A stretch of 63,716 bases of DNA, the filler included, from Dimorphilus gyrociliatus (taxonomy: Eukaryota; Animalia; Annelida): NCBI GenBank assembly GCA_904063045.1. It is 3 parts of 3 records of this genome, joined end to end, with 100 filler letters (N's around TTAATTAATTAA, not from the genome) between each part and the next. Parts side by side here need not be neighbours in the genome. Positions count along the whole stretch, not along the records: positions 1 to 25,698 come from CAJFCJ010000158.1; positions 25,799 to 56,681 come from CAJFCJ010000071.1; 1 more part is not named here. The stretch is one strand, 5' to 3'. Position 1 is the stretch's first letter. Each line of letters opens with the position of its first letter. A program made the translations under genes and the position numbers. This document shows positions 23,344-35,134 of this stretch, in pieces. The notes under the pieces are model-generated. The model saw nothing but the letters and a program-made list of their open reading frames with translations, ran no database searches and was not told where the DNA came from.

Positions 23344-24246
23344 CTAATCTGGTACAACATCATTAGCATTCCTTCTACAAAGACTAGTTGATATCTTTCT
23401 AATTGGACTATAAATAATAAAAGTCATAGTTGGATTTGTAAAAGCAATCAACAATATAATAAATTCGCCGTATTTCAGTAATCTATAGGAACGATTCGAG
23501 ATATCTGATAGCATATTAGATAATATACTAAGGTAGATTATCCACAGGATTATCCTTATAAATAGCTTCACTAATGTCAATTTGGACGATTTTGATGTAG
23601 TTTTAACCTTTTTCATCTGCATTTGCATATTGTCAACGTGACTTTTTGCTATTTTTAAAATTGCTATATGAAAGTATAAACAAGAAACAATTGTCGGCAC
23701 AAAAGCAATAACGCAATATATATATATATAATACAGTTTAAACGCTATTAATCCTCCGCAAAATAATATTTCGCCTGAACTAGATACGGCCAAATAAACT
23801 GGTATAAATGAAAATATTGCCGAAAACGTTGTAATGATTATTGAGATCAATAGTGATACTTTTAAATTGCAGTAGTTTGGATAAATGAATGGGAATGATA
23901 TAAATATATATCTATTGCAGAAGACTGCAATAAGATAGTATTGATTTTGTATAAATATAAAAATTGGTACAACTACTTGTAGAACGCAGAGTAAAGGAGT
24001 TGAACGAATCTTGGCGTATTCTTGTAAAATGTTGATTAAATACATCCAAATCACTAATAATAGATCGGTTATTGTCATTGCCATAACGAAAAATCCACAT
24101 TTCTCTCGAATATGTTTATATCTTGCGAATATTAATGTAATCATAGAATTAAAGCTTAAACAGAGTAGCGATATTAGATGAATCGATGTTCTTATCACAT
24201 TCAATTCGATTGAACCAACGTCTATTGATGACGTCATGTTTTCCAT
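23344..24246 (-). CDS. Orphan rhodopsin-family GPCR, intronless, 300 aa
   Basis: Seven hydrophobic segments; TM1 N, TM2 MTITDLL, TM3 Cys and NRY(IFI), TM5 FVP, TM7 FTNPTMTFIIY. Confidence 0.8.
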   Translation of the reverse strand: MENMTSSIDVGSIELNVIRTSIHLISLLCLSFNSMITLIFARYKHIREKCGFFVMAMTITDLLLVIWMYLINILQEYAKIRSTPLLCVLQVVVPIFIFIQNQYYLIAVFCNRYIFISFPFIYPNYCNLKVSLLISIIITTFSAIFSFIPVYLAVSSSGEILFCGGLIAFKLYYIYIYCVIAFVPTIVSCLYFHIAILKIAKSHVDNMQMQMKKVKTTSKSSKLTLVKLFIRIILWIIYLSILSNMLSDISNRSYRLLKYGEFIILLIAFTNPTMTFIIYSPIRKISTSLCRRNANDVVPD

Positions 24247-25698
24247 TCTTTTCTTCTTCTTCTTCTTCTCTTTTTATAAACAATTAGCAGATGAACACTT
24301 TCCTTACTTTCCTTTCCGATAGACTGAAGATATACATATATATATATATATGCTAATGAGCTTATTTAGTTATTCATGACTTTAGTTTGTCAAGCTCCAA
24401 TCTCTATATAAGATAATTATAATAATTGGCAAGAGAAGGAATAAAGAAAAACAACTTTATCGACCGAAAATGTAACAGTTGTTTTTAAAAGCGTCACATT
24501 AAACGTTCTCTCTAGACGCTTTCAAAAGAAAATTAAAAGAAAGTGTACCGTTTGTTTTTAAATGATAGATGATAGATGGAAGAGAGATATGATTGAAAGA
24601 AAATCTTGTAGCATATGATAATTCCCCGCCGTTCGATATTCAATTGATTTTCTCCTTTAGTAACCCTTCTTAAATACTGCAATTTCTTCAATTGACACGT
24701 TTGCTAAGTGGGAGGTGTTTGTTATTTTGTTTGTCAAGTAAACGTTTGACGTTAAGTTCTTAGATTGAAAAATCTCTCTAATTTCTAGATTGTTTGTCTC
24801 TTGTTTTTTTTTTATATAGAAAGATGATAAATGATAAGGTATGATATCAATGATAGTTTGCTTTTTAAAAATATATATACAGTATATATATGTTATTCAT
24901 ACAATACCAACTGCATAGTTTGTAGTCAATTTCGGCGTATATATGATCGAAGAACGTCTGCAATAACCATGGAGCATCCGCCTTTGTGATTGTGTTTAGA
25001 TAACATTGTTTGTTTGGTAAATAGAAATCAATTGACCTTTTTCAATGTAAAAAAAAAATTAATTAGTATGATATATTTTTTTTGTTTGTTTTTGTTTTTT
25101 TTAAAAAAAAAATGAAAAAACAAACAACTAACTTGCATTTTGGATTCTTCTCGCATTCGAATTTGCAACCTATTAAACTGGTTATTTTATAGTCTAGACC
25201 GGAAGCTGTCCATATTAGATTTTTTTGAGCAATTGCAACGTTCGATTCACTCTTATACGGACAAACTGTACGTGTGTAAAGTTTTATTTGCTATTTTTAT
25301 CTATCTATCTATTTGTTTGTTTGTTTACAAACCGCATTGAAGTTTGTTGAAATATCTTGCATCTAACTTTGATATAAACAGTTCAGGATGTTGTTCGTTT
25401 GTAGCAAAATTTAATTGGCATTTTTTACTTCCATTATAGTAGTTAATTGATCTTGAAATAAGAAATAAAGACTAGTTTGTCAACTCATTTTTTTCTTGTA
25501 AGTCTTACCGGCACAAAGTTTTCCTTGAACATATGTCTTTACATTTGCTTAGTAGTACATTCTTTGTCAGTAATAGTTTGTCGCTTGTTCCTTGTATTGA
25601 GAGTGCTTTTGCGGAGAGTATCTTTCCCGCATGTTCTTTGTAAGTACAAACTAAAGCGTTTAAAACATTCGTATTAGTTGATAACAACTGCAAAAACA

Positions 25699-25798
25699 NN
25701 NNNNNNNNNNNNNNNNNNNNNNNNNNNNNNNNNNNNNNNNNNTTAATTAATTAANNNNNNNNNNNNNNNNNNNNNNNNNNNNNNNNNNNNNNNNNNNN
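25699..25798. other. Assembly gap (44 N + TTAATTAATTAA + 44 N)
   Basis: Same 100-nt layout as the gap at 56682-56781. Confidence 0.97.
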
Positions 25799-26180
25799 AG
25801 AGAAAATAAAGAGAATTGAGAAGATGTTTAGGTAAGATTGATTTATTCTTTTAACAACACATTTTAATACCTATTTAAAAAATAATTTTATTATTTTATA
25901 CCACGAATGAGCACTGTCAAGCACCCAGTTAACTGACGCTAACAAGGGTATAAAAGAGAGTGAATGTATCCAAACGTTGTGAGAAAGCTAAGATATAATT
26001 TTAGACGGAATTATCCGCAATTCCGCACTATAAGCGGAAAAAAATCCTATAAATAGAACACTGGGGCAAGAATGAATCACTCATTTTGATTTTTCTAAGA
26101 TATTTTTATATATTTTGTTTTTCTTTAAAATTAATTCTTTCTTTTTTTGATAAATTTAGTCATTTAACAGAAAACTAAAA

Positions 26181-26396
26181 ATGGATGAAAATCATACAAT
26201 TGAAGAATTAAGATGTAGAGTTTGCAGTGTAAAATTGGTGGATATATTAATACTTCCCTGTAAGCATGTTTTGCTATGTCATAGTTGTTTAGAATAATTT
26301 CAAACGCAAAAGTGTCCTCAATGCCAAGCAGAAATTACAGATTGGATAAACGTTAAGATAGACATGAAATCTATATGTTGGTTTCAACAAAAATAA
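26181..26396 (+). pseudogene. IAP-type C3HC4 RING-finger mini-ORF with an in-frame TAA
   Basis: MDENHTIEELRCRVCSVKLVDILILPCKHVLLCHSCLE*FQTQKCPQCQAEITDWINV; TAA at 26295-26297 falls between the last two Cys pairs. Confidence 0.7.
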
Positions 26397-27144
26397 TGTT
26401 AAATAATAATAAGATTTAAAGCAATAACAAATATTTGCTCTCTACAATAATGAAATTAGATCTCCAAGAGTCTAAATGATTTGTAAATCATTTTTTTTTT
26501 GAAATAAACTGTTAATAGATAGAACCTTGATAATTAGACAATATAAGCTGTCAAAAATGACACATGGAATTGCTGACACTGGTCCAGAATATTAACAAAC
26601 TCAACTACGCCCTGGGGCAAAAAAAAACGAGGTATAACCATGAGACGGCATACAGTTGGCTTGGTGAAATTGCGGTATTTTACATGTCAGAAGCTACTGA
26701 GTTCCTGAGCGGAGAGGCTGCTTAGAGAGCCATGTAAAACAGAAGAGAAGAAAGCAAATATGAGCTTGAGTAAATCGGGTCAACACTCAAGAATGGATAC
26801 CAACCAACGGCTGAATCAAAGCTTGGCACCGAGATTTACAATGGGTTGGTATATGACGAAGTCACACTGGATTGGAAGAATGTGATGGCAAACATGCTGA
26901 GCGATAACGACGAAGATTCTCAATCATTTACTGGTCTTCTACTGCTCAACCAGAAACCCCAAAAATTGAAATGTGAAGTATAAATTTTATGAAAAAAAAA
27001 CCCTAGCCCTGATATATTACCACTTGCATATCAGTAGCCCTGTCTGAACTATTTTCTTTTGATAGAAATGTCAAATGAATTATTGATAACGTTACTTTTA
27101 TGAAATGTTAGGAAGTGTAGGAAAAAGTTTCAGTCATTGAATTA

Positions 27145-27827
27145 TTATTTACAAAAAGCACCTTTTATGTAGAGTAGACCTGCTTCAAAGAATTTGTAGT
27201 TTGTATATTGAGTTTTTAAAGAGCAATTTCTAGATGCTGAAACATAATCAATAGCTCTGAAAAGAATAGTTATATAAATCATATTCATAATGGAACAGAA
27301 AAATATTACTGACTTGCATCCGGAATGCAAATTACATTCTTTTAAACAGACATCAACACTTACTGCTTTATAATCAGTATTCCATATGGGAGAAACAAAG
27401 GGTGGGTCTGAAACAACTACCTTATTCTCCCAAATATGATAAAAGTTGTCCGATAATTGAGGTTGTGTATCTTTCACAAATAATACAAAGTTATCACGAT
27501 AGCTCTTGCCTGTATATGAACTCTTTAAATAGCAAGTTCTTGTTAGCATTCTATAATCAATTGCTCTAAAAAATTTCAAACATATTTAGTACTTTTTTGT
27601 TTCTGTCACGAATTAACTTGCTTGCATTCTTCATACAAATTGCAAACAGCAAAGCATTCCTCAATTGAAATAACACTATAGTCAAGTCCACCCCATTTAG
27701 GAACATAAAATATTATGTTAGGTTCAGCAACTTCATTCTCATACTGTTTAAAACCAAGAAGTTCTTGTTCAGTAAAGTATTGAAAAAATATGATGATATA
27801 GGAAAAACTTTGGAATAACAGTTTCAT
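27145..27827 (-). CDS. Secreted protein with tandem PAN/apple domains (3 exons)
   Basis: Signal peptide; two units of C..C..Y/H..CK|AIDY...C.LK. Introns 27621-27566 (GC-AG) and 27313-27257 (GT-AG) restore the frame. Confidence 0.7.
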
Positions 27828-27948
27828 ACTTCCATGAAGAAAAATTTTTTGTATAAAACTTGATTATTGCAAAAATTCGGAATGAACAGGCAGATAGTCA
27901 ATTATTCATTGCTACGTACAAATAAATATAGATAATCAATTATATCAA

Positions 27949-29442
27949 TTAATATTCATCATGTTTTTTCAAGAATCCATGAATTGAAAAGAGTTGATAA
28001 AATGGATCTCTGACAACTTTAAAAGTTGCATCAATGAACCAAATTTTACAACATTCCAGTAATTCTATTTGATGATTTGTGCCAAATATTATACAACAAT
28101 TTTTCTTTTCTTTTATATCTCTCAATAAGAAATCAATTGGAATTTCATCCAGATTTATTTCAAAATCTAAATGCCTTGGATGCTTTGGTCTTTTACTCTC
28201 TTTATATCTAGAAGCTTTTGTTCTTAATGATTCTAGTTCTGGCAAGTCTTCAATACTATCTTTAAATTTAAGGATAATATCTTCTGCTATTCTTTTACCA
28301 GTTTTTCCATTGTCACCAGTTGCCATTTCTTTTAAGTCCATTCTTGATTGAAGAACACTGTCTATGTTTTTATGCAGTTTATGAAGATGATTTTCATTTT
28401 TTACAATGAACTTTGATCCCTTTTGTAATATGTATGCAGGACAAGGAGCTTTGGCATATCTCTGAGTACATCTCCAGGTGATTGAACTTTCAGCTTTTCT
28501 TTTTACAGAATATGAACAGTTTTTGTGTAGAAGTAAGTCTTTATTTTTTGTACTTCCACCTACAACTATTTCGAAATCATCTCTTTCTGTTTCTATGATG
28601 TTATACTGCTTATCCATCGCAAATGAAGTTTCATCACTTATATCAACTCTCTTTGCCATGTCTTGTCCATCTTCAGGAAAGTTCAACTCTTTTTCATTGT
28701 TTGGTGATTCAGGTAAGTTGATGTCAAAGGAAAGTCTTAACTGCTAAAATTTATGGTGAAATAATAATATCTTTGAACAAATGAAATTACCTGATTTGTA
28801 TTTGTTTCACTTGTATTATTCATTGATGATTCTAAATTAACAACAGTTTCATCATATTCTGGATGAATTTTACTCTGACAATAATGATCTATTTTCTTTA
28901 ATTTAATAAATAACTTTTGTTTGCTGACATCATGACAATCAGGACAATAATCTGCATCTTAATATATAGGTGATATAGCATTATACCTGAGAAAGTTAGA
29001 GAGTTTACTTACATTTTGAACACTTTGTATGATAAAAATGTCTGCACAACTTGCATCTGAATTTTCTTGTGTCCAATGAAATCTTAATCCACACTTCCAA
29101 CAATTTTCAAATTCATGTTGTAATTTCTATTGAAGCTTCTATGATAAATGAAGAAAAGAAATATGCTTTCTACTTTTTCTCAAAACAGGAAAAGGAAATT
29201 GTAAAACAATGTAAAATATACTTCAGAAATAAGGAAAACTGGTATCCATTATTCTGAAAATATTTTGAATTTTATAATAATTATTTTACATATCTGGAAT
29301 TACTATATTACATTACTTGTTATATTTTTTATTAATTTTAAAATTGATTTGCTTTTTCTTATTTATTGTATTTAATTCATAATTAACTCAAAAAGTCATA
29401 TAATGGGCTGAAATGTCCTGGGCCGAAATGTCACTGCACCGG
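27949..29442 (-). mobile_element. Mutator-like (MULE) transposon, 3'-truncated: PHD + FLYWCH + start of the MULE domain
   Basis: FLYWCH (YSVKRKAESSITWRCTQR..CPA..HLH) and WFIDATFKVVRDPFYQLFSIH. Upstream broken PHD (CWKC..CKLC..HTKC..YCPDC). Terminal repeats GGC[CT]GAAATGTC at ~29405-29442. Confidence 0.85.
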
Positions 29443-29675
29443 TTTAAGGTAATAATAATTTATTAATATCCTTTTCAAATTATCTTGCTTTGTACAGCAG
29501 TCAAATAGTTTGTATATATACTACAAACAAAAGTTTACAAAATTCAAAATTGTCTTTTTTTATGAAAGTAAAAAAAAGATAAAAATATTTTTTTTATAAA
29601 AAAAAAAGAAAATTTTTATATTTATTTTTTTTCCTGTCTTTTGATTTTTCAAGCAAATTCAATTTGTAAGTTTTT

Positions 29676-31652
29676 TTGTTTTTGTTGTTTTCAAGTTATT
29701 ATTTAAAATTAATTACTTTTTTTCCAGCTTTAACACCAAGAGAATGTACTCAACTTGCCAATAAAATCTCCAATTGGATGGTCAAGGATATGCCCAAAAC
29801 TATGTCAAATGAAAAATATAATCAAATAATTCGTATAATTTCTGATATTCTTTCATTTGACGTAACGAAACATGATAGTGGTGATGATGGTCAATTTGCA
29901 AATTTTATCTGTAATATTTTAAATGTTGAATCGAGAATGGAAATGAACGAAAATATAGTGAGATTGTATACTAAAAATTTTGATAGTGCAGATATGTTAT
30001 ATGGAATTGAGACATTCTATGATAAAGCAAAATTTTATCTTCGCCATGATCGATTTATATATTCTGTAACGCAAACGAAAGATTTATTTAAATATATTAG
30101 AAAGAAAATTGATAGGAAAAATCTTTCAAAATTCAAAATGGAGGAAATACTTAGGGGCTTAACCAGATATATGTTTGTAATGTTTGGATCAGATTGGATA
30201 AATTTTTTAGATACCTTCTTCAATCATAAAATTAATTATGAATCACGTGACAATAGTAATAAAGAAATTGTTGATCAAGCAATAGGTAGGTCAGTAGATG
30301 AAGTTTATTGAAAAAAATTGACTCTTTCCCTCTCTTTGTTTCCCAGTCAATTATTTCAGTGGAAACACAGGTCAATTCTTGCTTGTTCTATTATGCATTC
30401 AAAAGATTTAGAAGAATTTAATGAAAACTTTGGTGAATATTTCTACATACCAAAAACTACTCTTGAACAGGTTGAACAGTTCGTTAATCCTTATCTCTTT
30501 TCTGCTGAGCATTATCAAGAAATTATTAAAATTACTGAAGATATATTGTCATTTATATGAAAGACAAAAATACTGTTGAAATGGCCTGTAGATATTATGG
30601 AAAATGAAATGAAATTATTTTTAGAAAAATTAACAAAAAATCACGGTGAAAACTGGTTTGAAAAATTGCAATCTTTTCACCTATTTGGTAATTTTAATAC
30701 AAAAACAAATGAGGAAATAAGTAAATTATTGACTAGTTCATTAGCAGGTAAGATATTTTGATAGAATTGTATAGTTTAATCTCTCTTCCTCTTCTCTCTT
30801 TTAGATACTCAAAACAATTTTGAATTTATTGAAAAGTTGAATCTAGACACTTTTTCCAATATGAGCATTCTAAGTCATTTTAAAAATTTTATGTTAAAGG
30901 ATATTCCTCTCAATTGGAAAGAATTGATCACAATGGGTAAACAACTTGTTGACATTTATCACGATTTTCAAATTAAAATGACTCCTAAAACATGTAATCC
31001 AAACGAATATAAACTGGTACAAAAATTTGAAAACATTTTCCAAAAAAATTTATAGATAAAAACTCCTATTTTTCCTTCTTTACCAAGTATTTTCCCAGAT
31101 AATAAAGGTCAAGGTCACGTTGGAAAATTTTTGTATACAATAGCTGAAATAGGGAGCAAAATGGATGGTAAAACTTTGTCTAGATCCATTAAAACTTGGA
31201 CAAAAATTTTAGAAGGATTTCAACATTTCGAAAAAATGACAGGCACAAAGAAAAATAAAGCAATAATTAAAGAATTTGTTGTACATTATCTAATCAATAT
31301 CACAGAATCTATGGGACCTGATTGGACATTTTATTTAGATCCAAGTTCCAGCTATCAACTTCGCCCATCTTTGTACTACAATTTCGCAAATTCATACAGA
31401 CACACATTTATAGCTGATGCTCTTGTAGATTCTAAAAGCGTAGATGAATTCAATAAGGACTTAAACTTTATATACAAGAAAGGAGATACCAGCAAATTTA
31501 TCTTTGAGTTGGTTGAAACTCTTTCAAATAGCGATTGGAGAAAAATTGCTGACACTCTTCAAGAATTTGCTAATCTTTTGATTGAGAATAAAGATACAAC
31601 TATTCTCAAGAATTTAAAGAAGATATACATGATTTTGCCTCTCGCTAGTTAG
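29676..31652 (+). pseudogene. Unnamed helical-repeat protein (G-x-[DN]-W motif), disrupted
   Basis: Collinear ORF pieces carry three repeats (MFGSDWINFL, NHGENWFEKL, SMGPDWTFYL). There is an apparent 4-nt duplication frameshift at ~30377 and in-frame stops at 30558 (TGA) and 31053 (TAG). Homologous to 58410-59024. Confidence 0.65.
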
Positions 31653-31789
31653 TTGTATTATATAAATTAAAATTTGTCCTATTTTGCAAATTTTTTCAAC
31701 TTTAGAATAAATCATTGGAAATTCCAATGACAATATAAACAACAAAACAGAAATAATATCAGAGAGATAAGTAAAAAAAATCCAAAGTA

Positions 31790-33550
31790 ATGACTTTTTA
31801 TTGCGGTAGTATCAGATATGAGCGCTATCACGATAAGTTATCTTGGCCATATACTAATAAAATATTCAAAATGTCTTCGTCACGAAATGCTTCTAATGGA
31901 AGAATGCTACAAAACGATATAAAAGAGAGATTTAGTAAGTATTCATTACGTAAACAGTCTAAGAAAACAATGGACATTACGGACAGTACGAACAGTAAAC
32001 TTTCCAACATTCTTTCAGGAAGTTTGTCAACAGGAAATAACTTAAAAGAAATTAATATTGAAAGTTGTAATCTGAACAAAGATCTATGCTCAGGAATTGC
32101 AAATGTATTGCGAAATTACTCTAAAATTGAAAGAATAAATCTAAGATGGAATTATAATATTGAAAATGGTCTGCCAAACATTTTGAATCAACTTTTATCA
32201 TCAAAAAATACTATAAAACATATCTGTCTTAAAGGATGTAATCTAAGAAAAGATCAATGTTTATCTATTGAAAATCAACTGAGTAGCTGTTTAAAAATTG
32301 AAAGTATTGATCTGAGCGATAATTTAAATATAAAAGATGGCTTATTAAACATTTTTAATGGGCTTTTATCATCAAAAAATACTATAAAAGATATCAATCT
32401 TAATCATTGTAATTTAACAAAGGATCATTGCTCAATTATTGAAAAATTCTTCAAAGTGTGTTTAAAGCTTGAAAGAATAAACTTATGTGGAAATTTTTAT
32501 ATCAAAGATGGATTTTTAGATATTTTTAACGGATTATTTCCATTATCAAATACACTAAAAGATATCAATTTTGCATTTTGTAATCTTAGTGAAAATGAAG
32601 GAATTCTCATTGGAAAGATGTTGGAAAATTGTTCAAAAATTGAAAAGATTGATTTAAGCAATAATAGTGATATGGGAAATTCATTATTAAAGATTTTAAA
32701 TGTCCTTACTAAATCATCAAATACATTGAAAGATCTTAATTTCCATGGATGTGATCTAACTGCCAATCATTCTGTTCAAATTGGAAATTTAATTAGGAAA
32801 TGCTTCAGGATTGAAAGAATAAACTTAAATTTGAATGAACAGTTAGGAGATGAATTAATAAATGTTTTTATTCATCTTACCCAATCAGCGAATACTTTAA
32901 AAGATATCCAGTTTCAAAGATGTCATCTAAACGAAATTTGTAGTATAGAAATTGGAAAATTGTTAACAAAATGTTCTAAAATCGAAAGAGTATATTTAAG
33001 TTGCAATAGGAATATGAAAAATGGATTATTAAACATTTTAGATGGATTTCTTCCGTCATTACATACATTGAAAGATATCCGTCTCATGGACTGTAATATA
33101 ACTGGAAATGTTTGTAAACGCTTGGGATATGTTTTGGGAAAATGTGCTAAAATAGAAAAAATAGATTTGGGTTGGAATGAAAATATGAAAGATGGATTAT
33201 CAGATATTTTAGTTGGACTTTCTCACTCATCAAATACTTTGAGAGAAATCAATTTTTCAAACTGTTTTCTCAATCTCAATGAATGTAATGATATAGGAAA
33301 TTTACTGAGAGAGTGCCATCTTATAGAACATATAGATGTTAGTGAAAATGAAAATATTGGAGAAGGTTTATTAAAAATTTTTTCTCAGCTTGTTCATTCG
33401 GAGAACAGCTTAAAATTTATAGATTATACGGAATGTAATTTGAATACTGATCAGCATAAGGAATTTTATCATTTTCTCTTAGCCAATCCTAAAATAATGC
33501 AAGTATGTGAACAATGTGATCAAAATTATCTTAGAGACTCAAGTTGCTAG
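31790..33550 (+). CDS. Leucine-rich repeat protein (ribonuclease-inhibitor/NLR-type 28-aa LRRs), intronless, no NACHT seen
   Basis: About 8 copies of a 56-aa double unit (KIERINLxxNxxxxxGLxxIL / NTLKDIxLxxCNL). Confidence 0.9.
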   Translation: MTFYCGSIRYERYHDKLSWPYTNKIFKMSSSRNASNGRMLQNDIKERFSKYSLRKQSKKTMDITDSTNSKLSNILSGSLSTGNNLKEINIESCNLNKDLCSGIANVLRNYSKIERINLRWNYNIENGLPNILNQLLSSKNTIKHICLKGCNLRKDQCLSIENQLSSCLKIESIDLSDNLNIKDGLLNIFNGLLSSKNTIKDINLNHCNLTKDHCSIIEKFFKVCLKLERINLCGNFYIKDGFLDIFNGLFPLSNTLKDINFAFCNLSENEGILIGKMLENCSKIEKIDLSNNSDMGNSLLKILNVLTKSSNTLKDLNFHGCDLTANHSVQIGNLIRKCFRIERINLNLNEQLGDELINVFIHLTQSANTLKDIQFQRCHLNEICSIEIGKLLTKCSKIERVYLSCNRNMKNGLLNILDGFLPSLHTLKDIRLMDCNITGNVCKRLGYVLGKCAKIEKIDLGWNENMKDGLSDILVGLSHSSNTLREINFSNCFLNLNECNDIGNLLRECHLIEHIDVSENENIGEGLLKIFSQLVHSENSLKFIDYTECNLNTDQHKEFYHFLLANPKIMQVCEQCDQNYLRDSSC

Positions 33551-34279
33551 GATGATTTTTTGAAGCTTTCATCTTGTTTAATCTACTGATTAAATATATA
33601 AAAAGGGTAGTGAGAGCGAGAGAGAGAGAGAGAGTACATTTTTACAACTACTGAAACTATATCAGATGATTAACTTGCATGTTTGTTTATTTGTTTGCTT
33701 GTTGTACTGCTCTAGCTTTGCTAATTTAATATATCAATAAAGTAATTGAAAATATCGTGCCCTTATGATCTTCATTGTCAATGCACTTACCTTTCAAATG
33801 GTGAGTTACATTAACCAACTGCAATCAATCAGATAACAGGATGTCATTAGATCTGCAAAGGCCGGACTAAGATGAAATACATTTTTTCTCGATTTATTAT
33901 TTCATATATATCAAGTAAGATGTTCTCATTTTTCAACTAGGTCTATCTTAGATACTACAAATCCAACTAAGCACATCTGCCTTGCTTATGATAAAGTAAA
34001 TCTTTCTCAAGGGTTTGGGGAAACTACCCAGTAAGTTAAAGTTTAGGGTTAGATTTTGGACATTTCATCAGATAGTCAAATTTTCATTTTAATCTTTTTT
34101 AGCTGGTGTACGTCTGAACTATGGGTTAGTAAAAACAGATTGGAAAGAAGTTCAATAACTAGTAGGTTAGGGTTAAGGTTAAACATTGAAAAGTTGGCCA
34201 TTTTCTTCCAGACTCCTATCTCATTGTTCATTTACTATATCATTTAATGGAGTAGGGTTATATGACATGAAAAAACTGC

Positions 34280-34450
34280 TTAAACTTTAAAGATAATATC
34301 GAAGACTTGTCAGAATTGGAATCACTAAGAAGTAAAGTTTCTAAATACAAAGAAAGTAAACGACCAAATCATCCAAGAGATTTAAATTTTGGAAAAAATA
34401 CGGATGAAATTACAATGGACGTCTTACTGAGCGATAGAAAACAAAAGTAA
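34280..34450 (+). mobile_element. MULE transposase fragment, same family as 27949-29442
   Basis: FKDNIEDLSELESLRSKVSKYKESKRPNHPRDLNF matches FKDSIEDLPELESLRTKASRYKESKRPKHPRHLDF. Confidence 0.75.
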
Positions 34451-34499
34451 TAATCCAGCTTAGATTTTTTTACTCTAAATAAAAGTGTATTTTATTGTA

Positions 34500-34730
34500 T
34501 TGTAATTGAAGGAATATGGTATTTGTCCTTTCCAATCATTTACGAATTCACCAAAGTACTCAGACGAATAGAACCTTTCAGTTTCGTCCACAAATAGTTT
34601 GATAAAAGTGTACATTCAGCAGAAATTAATCAACAAAATACAAGTATTTCATGCAAAGAATAAGTGCTTTCAAAAATTTCTTCAGAAAATTCATTGGAAT
34701 ATCCATCAGAGACGATAAATTGACTTTTTT
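34500..34730 (-). pseudogene. Degenerate exon fragment of an F5/8-type-C-like gene family
   Basis: Nucleotide similarity to 44080-44300 (-) and 56110-56210 (+); translates as ..STYSLHEILVF.. and ..YFGEFVNDWKGQ.. with stops. Confidence 0.4.
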
Positions 34731-35134
34731 CCAATATGTTTAACACTAGGATAAAAATGGAAATAAATTATTTAACAATAACTTATTGCCAACAATTTAA
34801 TGAATGTTTAAGAGTGTTGAGGCTTAAAACTATACTCTCAGTGTCCGTCTTTTTTTATTGGTCTCTTTATGATAAATGAAATAAATAGTAACCTTTGAGT
34901 ACTGCTGTGATTCTAGCTTTATTAATCATTTTAAGACTATAGAAATAAAAGAAAGAATGATCAATCACGTGACATATAAGAAAAAACATATATATTGAAA
35001 GAAAAGGGACAAAGGGCAGTGAACAGAATAGTGTTGAAATTGTATCAAGGTGAAATTCTTAGTGAATCTGATATTGTGGATTTTTTTTTACTTTAACTGG
35101 AATAAAATCGCCCAGAATCTTAAATAAAAATCAA

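Noticed and set aside
25743-25754. TTAATTAATTAA palindrome inside N-runs (also 56726-56737)
   Set aside because: Identical, centred in two 100-nt gaps, and reads as a stop in all frames: a scaffolding spacer, not biology.
34040-34260. Scattered TTAGGG-like words as an interstitial telomere
   Set aside because: Only isolated, non-tandem copies; more likely part of a decayed repeat.
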